A stretch of DNA of 12,856 nucleotides, taken from assembly GCA_046598045.1 (NCBI GenBank), contig JBKJJJ010000065.1:1-12856 (forward strand), given 5' to 3'. The notes under the pieces are model-generated. The model was not told the DNA's origin. It was given only the letters and a program-made list of their open reading frames with translations, and ran no database searches. Both the position numbers and the translations under genes were made by a program. Each line of letters begins with the position of its first letter. The stretch's first letter is position 1. Of this stretch, positions 7,165 through 12,856 are shown in pieces. This DNA is from Candidatus Eiseniibacteriota bacterium (GTDB lineage Bacteria > Eisenbacteria > RBG-16-71-46 > DASYSL01).

Positions 7165-8112
7165 ATGCGACCGATCCGCTTCGCCCTTGCCCTGTCGGCA
7201 CTCCTGAGTCTCACCGCCATGGCGCCCGCGCATGCCGCCGTCGTCGACGGGCGGCTCGATCCTGACTACGGTCCGGCCCTCTCCCCGCAGACCACCCAGA
7301 CTTCCTCGGCGAAGAACACGCCCGGCTTCGGCGGCCCCGATTCGACGTCGTGGAGCTTCGGTTCGGAGTTGGACGGCGCGTACGCGTTCGTCTCGGGCGG
7401 AGCGCTCCACCTGTTCTTCGCGGGAAACCTGATGTCCTACCTCGGCGAGTTCGACCACCGCAGGCAGCTCCAGCTCTTCGTGGACATGCGTCCGGGCGGG
7501 CAGCACCAGCTGAGGAGCGACAACGCGGTCCTCGGCTACTCCCCGGACAGCGGGCTGAACCGGATGGCCGGCCTGACGTTCGACGCCGGGTTTGCGGCGG
7601 ACTGGTGGTTCAACTGCCTCGTGGTTTCCGTGGGTCCCGGCTCACCGCCGGTCCGCGCCTATACTGCCGAGTTGCTCGACGCGGGCAGCGATGCAGGATC
7701 GTTCCTCGGCTCGGGATTCGCGGGCGGGACGGGCGCGCTGAGCGGCGGCAGCAACCCCGCGGGGATCCTGGTCACGATCGATGACAGCAACTCGTCGGGG
7801 ATCGCTTCGGGGTGCCTGTCCGCCAGCGGCGGCGCGGCCGTCTCGCGGGGGATGGAGTGCGAGATCCCGCTGTCCGCGCTCGGCAACCCGGCCGGGGCGA
7901 TCCGCGTGTGCGCGTTCGTCAACGGGGTGAACGGGAACGCGTACCTCGACAACCAGGTGCTGGGGCCTCTGCCCGCGGGCATCTGCTTCCTCGGGAACCC
8001 CGCGGGGGTGGACTTCGGCGCGCTGGCGGGGGACCAGTTCTTCACGATCGACGGGCCGCCCGTCCCGGCCCGCGCCGCGACCTGGGGCCGCGTGAAGGCC
8101 GCCTACCGCTGA
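7165..8112 (+). CDS. Secreted hypothetical protein (Sec signal peptide) with C-terminal VPARAATWGRVKAAYR tail
   Basis: N-terminus MRPIRFALALSALLSLTAMAPAHA/A is a classic SPI signal. The Gly/Ser/Asp-rich beta-type body contains DGRLDPDYG, SELDGAY, GNL, LFVD, GLTFDAGFAAD and MECEIPLSALG, and the protein ends TWGRVKAAYR*. GGAG RBS upstream. Confidence 0.85.
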   Translation: MRPIRFALALSALLSLTAMAPAHAAVVDGRLDPDYGPALSPQTTQTSSAKNTPGFGGPDSTSWSFGSELDGAYAFVSGGALHLFFAGNLMSYLGEFDHRRQLQLFVDMRPGGQHQLRSDNAVLGYSPDSGLNRMAGLTFDAGFAADWWFNCLVVSVGPGSPPVRAYTAELLDAGSDAGSFLGSGFAGGTGALSGGSNPAGILVTIDDSNSSGIASGCLSASGGAAVSRGMECEIPLSALGNPAGAIRVCAFVNGVNGNAYLDNQVLGPLPAGICFLGNPAGVDFGALAGDQFFTIDGPPVPARAATWGRVKAAYR

Positions 8113-8113
8113 G

Positions 8114-9256
<1,143 letters not shown>

Positions 9257-9376
9257 GTTGTGCTCTCCCTGGGCGCGCGCGGGGCGGCCCGTACGGCTCG
9301 TTGGCGATGGATGGCGGGGGGACGGTGCGGCGGGGCCGGGTCCCGTGGGCCCTGAAAATCGGCGACTTGCCCGCTC

Positions 9377-9404
9377 AGGATAGCGGATTTCGGGCCCCGG
9401 TCAA
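9377..9404 (-). promoter_or_regulatory. Sigma70-type promoter of citrate synthase
   Basis: Minus-strand TTGACC (9404-9399), 16-nt spacer, TATCCT (9382-9377), implying a leader of about 115 nt before GTG 9256. Confidence 0.6.
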
Positions 9405-9425
9405 GGCGGGGGCTGGGAGGACGCG

Positions 9426-10427
9426 CTAGCCCGTCAACTCCGGGTGCGGCAACAGCGCTGGCCGCGGACCGACGAACAGCACCTCTTCCTCGAGCCAGAT
9501 CCCCGAGACCGCGTGCGCGCGGTGCTTCATGACCTCGCCCAGCGTGAGCACCTCCTGCGCGGTGGCGTGGCCGGCGTTGACGATGATGTTAGCGTGCTTG
9601 GCGAAGACCATCGCGTCGCCGACGCGCAGGCCGCGGCAGTGCCCCTGATCGAGCACCTTGCCGGCAGGCACGCGGTGAGCGCCGGGCGCGGGCGCGGGCA
9701 GGTTCTTGAAGTAACTGCCGGCGGTCGGCTCGGTGCGCCACTGCGGGTGCTTGACGCGGCGCTCCTCGAGCTTGTCCTCGATCACCGCGTCGATGTCCTC
9801 GCGGCGAGCGGGCGCGAGCTTGAGGCGGCTCTCGACCAGCACGTGGGTCTGCTCCTTCTTGAGGCGCGACTCGCGGTACTCGAAATCGAACCATGCAGAG
9901 TCGACCGTGAACGCCGGCGAGCCGTCCTTGGGCGCGAGCACGCCGTCGATCACGAACTCGCTGATCGAGTGGCCGTAGCAGCCCGCGTTGCCGTGGATCG
10001 CGCCGCCGATGTCTCCGGGCACGCCGGCGGCGAACTCGAGCGCCGCGCGTTCGAGGTCCCGGCACAGGTAGATGAACTCGAGGAAGTCCTTGCCCGCCTC
10101 GACCGTGGCGATCGCCGCGTCGGTGTCGAAGCGCACCTGGTCGCAGGCGACGTGGAGCACGAGGCCGCGGTAACCCTCGTCGCTCACCAGCAGGTTCGAT
10201 CCGCCGCCGAGCACGAACACCGGCAGCTCGGCCTCGGCCGCCGCGGCGAGCGCGCGCGGGACATCCTCGGCGTGGCGGGCCTGGTAGAACCAGTCGGCGG
10301 GCCCGCCGATCTGCAGCGTGGTGTGCGCGCGCATGGGCTCGTTCTCGCGCAGCGCGGGCCCGATGGGGCCGAGTCGATCGGTGAGCAGTTTGCGAACGGA
10401 CTCGCGCGTGGCCTGGGACAACCTCAC
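9426..10427 (-). CDS. murB: UDP-N-acetylenolpyruvoylglucosamine reductase
   Basis: C-terminal 333 aa of ORF 9426..11096. GTG 10427 overlaps the fabI TGA (alternative TTG 10421). Motifs: ENEPMRAHTTLQIGGPAD, VLGGGSNLLVSD, GVPGDIGGAIHGNAG, FEYRES, TAGSYFKN, KHANIIVN, LEEEV. Confidence 0.93.
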   Translation of the reverse strand: MRLSQATRESVRKLLTDRLGPIGPALRENEPMRAHTTLQIGGPADWFYQARHAEDVPRALAAAAEAELPVFVLGGGSNLLVSDEGYRGLVLHVACDQVRFDTDAAIATVEAGKDFLEFIYLCRDLERAALEFAAGVPGDIGGAIHGNAGCYGHSISEFVIDGVLAPKDGSPAFTVDSAWFDFEYRESRLKKEQTHVLVESRLKLAPARREDIDAVIEDKLEERRVKHPQWRTEPTAGSYFKNLPAPAPGAHRVPAGKVLDQGHCRGLRVGDAMVFAKHANIIVNAGHATAQEVLTLGEVMKHRAHAVSGIWLEEEVLFVGPRPALLPHPELTG

Positions 10428-11206
10428 ACCCCCACGATGTTGTAGCCGCAATCGACGTAGATGGTCTCGCCCGTGATGCCGCTCGAGAGGTCCGACAGCA
10501 GGAAGTAGCCCGCGCGCCCGATGTCCTCGAGCGTGACGTTGCGCTTGAGCGGCGCCTTCTCGGCGGCCTTGCCGACCATCGAGCTGAACCCGCTGATGCC
10601 GCGTGCCGACAGCGTCGCGATCGGTCCCGCCGAGATGCAATTGACGCGGATGCCGAGCGGGCCGAGCTCGAGGGCGAGCTGGCGCACGCAGTGTTCGAGC
10701 GCGGCCTTCGCGCTGCCCATGACGTTGTAATTGGGAACCGCGCGCTCGGCCGCGAGGTAGGAGAGGGCGATCATCGCGGCGTTGCGCCCCTCCATCAGCG
10801 GCGTCGCGCGCTTCGCGAGTGCGACCAGCGAATAGGCGCTGACCTCGAGCGCGATGCGCCAGCCCTCGCGGCTGGTGTCGCGGAACGTGCCCTCGAGGTC
10901 CTCGCGCTGCGCGTACGCGATGCAGTGCGCGAGCGCGTCGATCCCGCCCATTTCCTGCTTGATGGTCTCGAACGCGGCGTCCATCTGCGCGTCGTCGTTG
11001 ACGTCGAGCGCCAGGAGCAGCGGGTTCTCGAACTTGGCCTCCTCGGCGAGCTTTTCGAGCGTGCCCCGAAAGCGGTCGCCCTGGTAGGTCAGGCACAGGC
11101 GGGCGCCGCGCGCGGCGAGCTCCTGGGCGATGCCCCAGGCGATCGAGCGGTGGTTGGCGACGCCCAGGACGATCGCGTTCTTGCCGGTCAGGTCGTGTGC
11201 GTCCAT
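10424..11206 (-). CDS. fabI: Enoyl-ACP reductase (NADH)
   Basis: GVANHRSIAWGIA, LTYQ, SAYSL, LSYLAAERAVPNYNVMGSAKAALE (Y-x6-K), RVNCISAGPIATLSARGI, APLKRNVT, ITGETIYVDCG. GAGG RBS upstream. Confidence 0.96.
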   Translation of the reverse strand: MDAHDLTGKNAIVLGVANHRSIAWGIAQELAARGARLCLTYQGDRFRGTLEKLAEEAKFENPLLLALDVNDDAQMDAAFETIKQEMGGIDALAHCIAYAQREDLEGTFRDTSREGWRIALEVSAYSLVALAKRATPLMEGRNAAMIALSYLAAERAVPNYNVMGSAKAALEHCVRQLALELGPLGIRVNCISAGPIATLSARGISGFSSMVGKAAEKAPLKRNVTLEDIGRAGYFLLSDLSSGITGETIYVDCGYNIVGV

Positions 11207-11254
11207 GCGGGACCTCGATGGGGAAGCAGCCGGGAAAGGCCCGCCAACGCGGCC

Positions 11255-11307
11255 TTGCGGGTCAGCGGAATGGACCCTAAGCTAAGATGCGTTGCGCGAT
11301 TGCGCAA
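11255..11307. promoter_or_regulatory. Overlapping divergent (bidirectional) sigma70 promoters for fabI-murB and SDR-DUF1028
   Basis: Plus strand: TTGCGG (11255-11260), 17 nt, TAAGCT (11278-11283). Minus strand: TTGCGC (11307-11302), 17 nt, TAGCTT (11284-11279). The two -10 hexamers overlap. Confidence 0.6.
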
Positions 11308-11349
11308 GGCTGGTGATTCGGGCGCAGCACGGCCCCCGGGGAGCAAGCC

Positions 11350-12006
11350 ATGGGCGTCACCGAGGTCGTCGCCGATCAGCCGCTCTCCGGGCGCGTGGCG
11401 CTGGTTACGGGCGCGGCGCAGCCGGTGGGCCGGGCATGCGCCGTGGCGCTCGCGCGCGCGGGCTGCCACGTCGCGGTGTGCGACGACGACGACCACGCCG
11501 ACGCGCTCGCCGACACCGCGACGTATTGCCAGCGCGAGAGCGGGCGCGCGCAGGTCTTCACCGCCGACGTCACCAGCGCCGAGGACGTCGAGCGGCTGTG
11601 GGTCGCGGTGACGGCCGCGCTCGGCGCGCCGATCGTGCTGGGCAACGGCGCGGGGGCCTCGTCCGCGCGGCCGCTCGGCGAATACTCGCCCGGCGAGTGG
11701 CAGGCGGCCGTGCGCGTGCACCTCGATGCCGCGTTCTACTGCGCGCGCGCACTGCTGCCGGCCATGCGCGCGGCGGGCTTCGGGCGCATCCTCAATGTCG
11801 CGCACGCGCCCACGGGCGAGGCGCTGGTCTCGCTCGCGCGCACGATCGCGGGCGAGGAGGCGGCGCACGGTATCACGGTCAACGCGGTGGTGGCGGGGGA
11901 CGCGCGGCCCGAGGAGATTGCCCGGGTCGTCGCGTTCCTCGCCTCCCCCGCCTCGGAGTCGATCACGGGGGCCCGCATCCGCGTGGGCGCGGGTCCGCCG
12001 TCCTAG
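11350..12006 (+). CDS. Short-chain dehydrogenase/reductase (FabG-like) fold protein lacking the catalytic YxxxK motif
   Basis: GRVALVTGAAQPVGRACAVALARAG, ADVT, GNGAG, GFGRILNV, GITVNAV and PEEIARVVAFLAS..SESITG match classical SDRs, but the protein is only 218 aa and has no YxxxK. GGGGAG RBS upstream. Confidence 0.85.
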   Translation: MGVTEVVADQPLSGRVALVTGAAQPVGRACAVALARAGCHVAVCDDDDHADALADTATYCQRESGRAQVFTADVTSAEDVERLWVAVTAALGAPIVLGNGAGASSARPLGEYSPGEWQAAVRVHLDAAFYCARALLPAMRAAGFGRILNVAHAPTGEALVSLARTIAGEEAAHGITVNAVVAGDARPEEIARVVAFLASPASESITGARIRVGAGPPS

Positions 12007-12020
12007 GACTGGAGGGGAGC

Positions 12021-12856
12021 TTGAAGTCTTGCAGGTTGGTCGCGTGGTTGCTGGGAACGATGCTGTGCGCCGCCGGAGTTGCACAGGCGGCGGACATGAG
12101 TGGAGCGCTTTCGATCGTGCTGCGCGACCCGGACACCGGGGAACTCGGCGTGGCGGTGCTGTCCCATGCCCCCGCATGCGGAACGCTCGTGCCGTGGGTC
12201 CAGGCCGGGGTGGGCGCGATCGCGACCCAGGGCGAGACCAATGGATCGTGGGGTCCGCGCGGCCTCCAGATGCTGCGGGACGGCGTGCCTGCGCAGGCCG
12301 TGGTGGACTCGCTCATGCGCTCCGACGCCGGGTACCTGCGCCGGCAGCTCGGCCTGCTCGACGCGACGGGCTGGCCCGCCGGCTACTCCGGCACCGACCT
12401 CGTCAACTGGTCGGGCGGCATTCTCGATTCGAACCTCGCCGTCCAGGGCAACACGATGCCGAACAACCTCGTGATCGAGGCCGTCGTGGACACCCTGCGG
12501 GCACTCAAGCGGCGCCCGCTCGCGGAGCGAATGCTCGCCGGCCTCATGCTCGCCGACTCGCGGCGTGGGGATTGGCGCGGCGCCCGCTCGGCGGCGTTGC
12601 TGGTCGGCCGCGCGAATCCCGCGCGCCCCGAGGATGCCTCGCGCTTCGTCTACCTCAGGGTCGACGACGACCCGGCCCCGGTGATCGCGCTCGATCGACT
12701 CTATCGCGCGTGGCGGGCGGGCCGGCTGGTTGGGGGGTACCTCGACTACGCGGACTCCTACAAGCAGGCCGGACAAGCCGCGCGCGCGCAGTTCGAGCAG
12801 GGGCGCGCGCGCGCAGCGGTCGCGGCCGCGCTCGCGGACACCGCGCTCGGCGCGCC
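12021..12856 (+). CDS. DUF1028 family (Ntn-hydrolase-like) secreted protein, 3'-truncated by the window edge; not in the supplied ORF track
   Basis: My translation from TTG 12021 (GGAGG RBS at 12011-12015) is open to the window end: MKSCRLVAWLLGTMLCAAGVAQAADMSGALSIVLRDPDTGELGVAVLSH...VPWVQAGVGAIATQG...WGPRGLQML...RRQLGLLDATG...AVQGNTM...PLAERMLAGL...GDWRGARSAALLV...LRVDDDPAPVIALDRLY. This matches DUF1028 motifs throughout and is followed by a helical, possibly TPR-like, extension. Confidence 0.88.
   Translation, partial: MKSCRLVAWLLGTMLCAAGVAQAADMSGALSIVLRDPDTGELGVAVLSHAPACGTLVPWVQAGVGAIATQGETNGSWGPRGLQMLRDGVPAQAVVDSLMRSDAGYLRRQLGLLDATGWPAGYSGTDLVNWSGGILDSNLAVQGNTMPNNLVIEAVVDTLRALKRRPLAERMLAGLMLADSRRGDWRGARSAALLVGRANPARPEDASRFVYLRVDDDPAPVIALDRLYRAWRAGRLVGGYLDYADSYKQAGQAARAQFEQGRARAAVAAALADTALGA

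Noticed and set aside
9257..9376. Roughly 115-nt C-rich leader of citrate synthase as a riboswitch or sRNA
   Set aside because: No recognisable riboswitch consensus, terminator or leader peptide. An Rfam/Infernal search would be needed to say more.
10428..11096. Apparent 556-aa MurB with an N-terminal extra domain
   Set aside because: The extra part is an alternative frame of fabI. MurB homology starts at the GTG overlapping the fabI stop.

Overview
Very GC-rich bacterial chromosomal segment with 12 protein-coding regions. I found no RNA genes, mobile elements or CRISPR arrays. In order: a 5'-truncated FG-GAP/integrin-alpha-like repeat protein with a C-terminal FlgD-Ig/T9SS-like domain; an internally deleted dienelactone hydrolase remnant; a translationally coupled minus-strand operon of PLP Ser/Thr dehydratase-like gene, ornithine cyclodeaminase/mu-crystallin gene and a second PLP dehydratase-like gene; a divergent TPR protein behind a sigma28-like promoter; a secreted protein ending in a 'TWGRVKAAYR' tail; citrate synthase; a coupled fabI-murB pair; and, divergent from fabI, an SDR lacking its catalytic motif followed by a 3'-truncated secreted DUF1028 (Ntn-hydrolase-like) gene. 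That last gene is missing from the ORF track and has Ala where the family's N-terminal Thr is expected. The FlgD-Ig tail, TWGxxKxxYR tail and high GC suggest Candidatus Eisenbacteria or a related FCB-group lineage (inference). The best leads are the putative TWGxxKxxYR C-terminal sorting signal, the dehydratase/imine-reductase/dehydratase module, and the tandem pair of apparent pseudo-enzymes sharing a bidirectional promoter with fabI.
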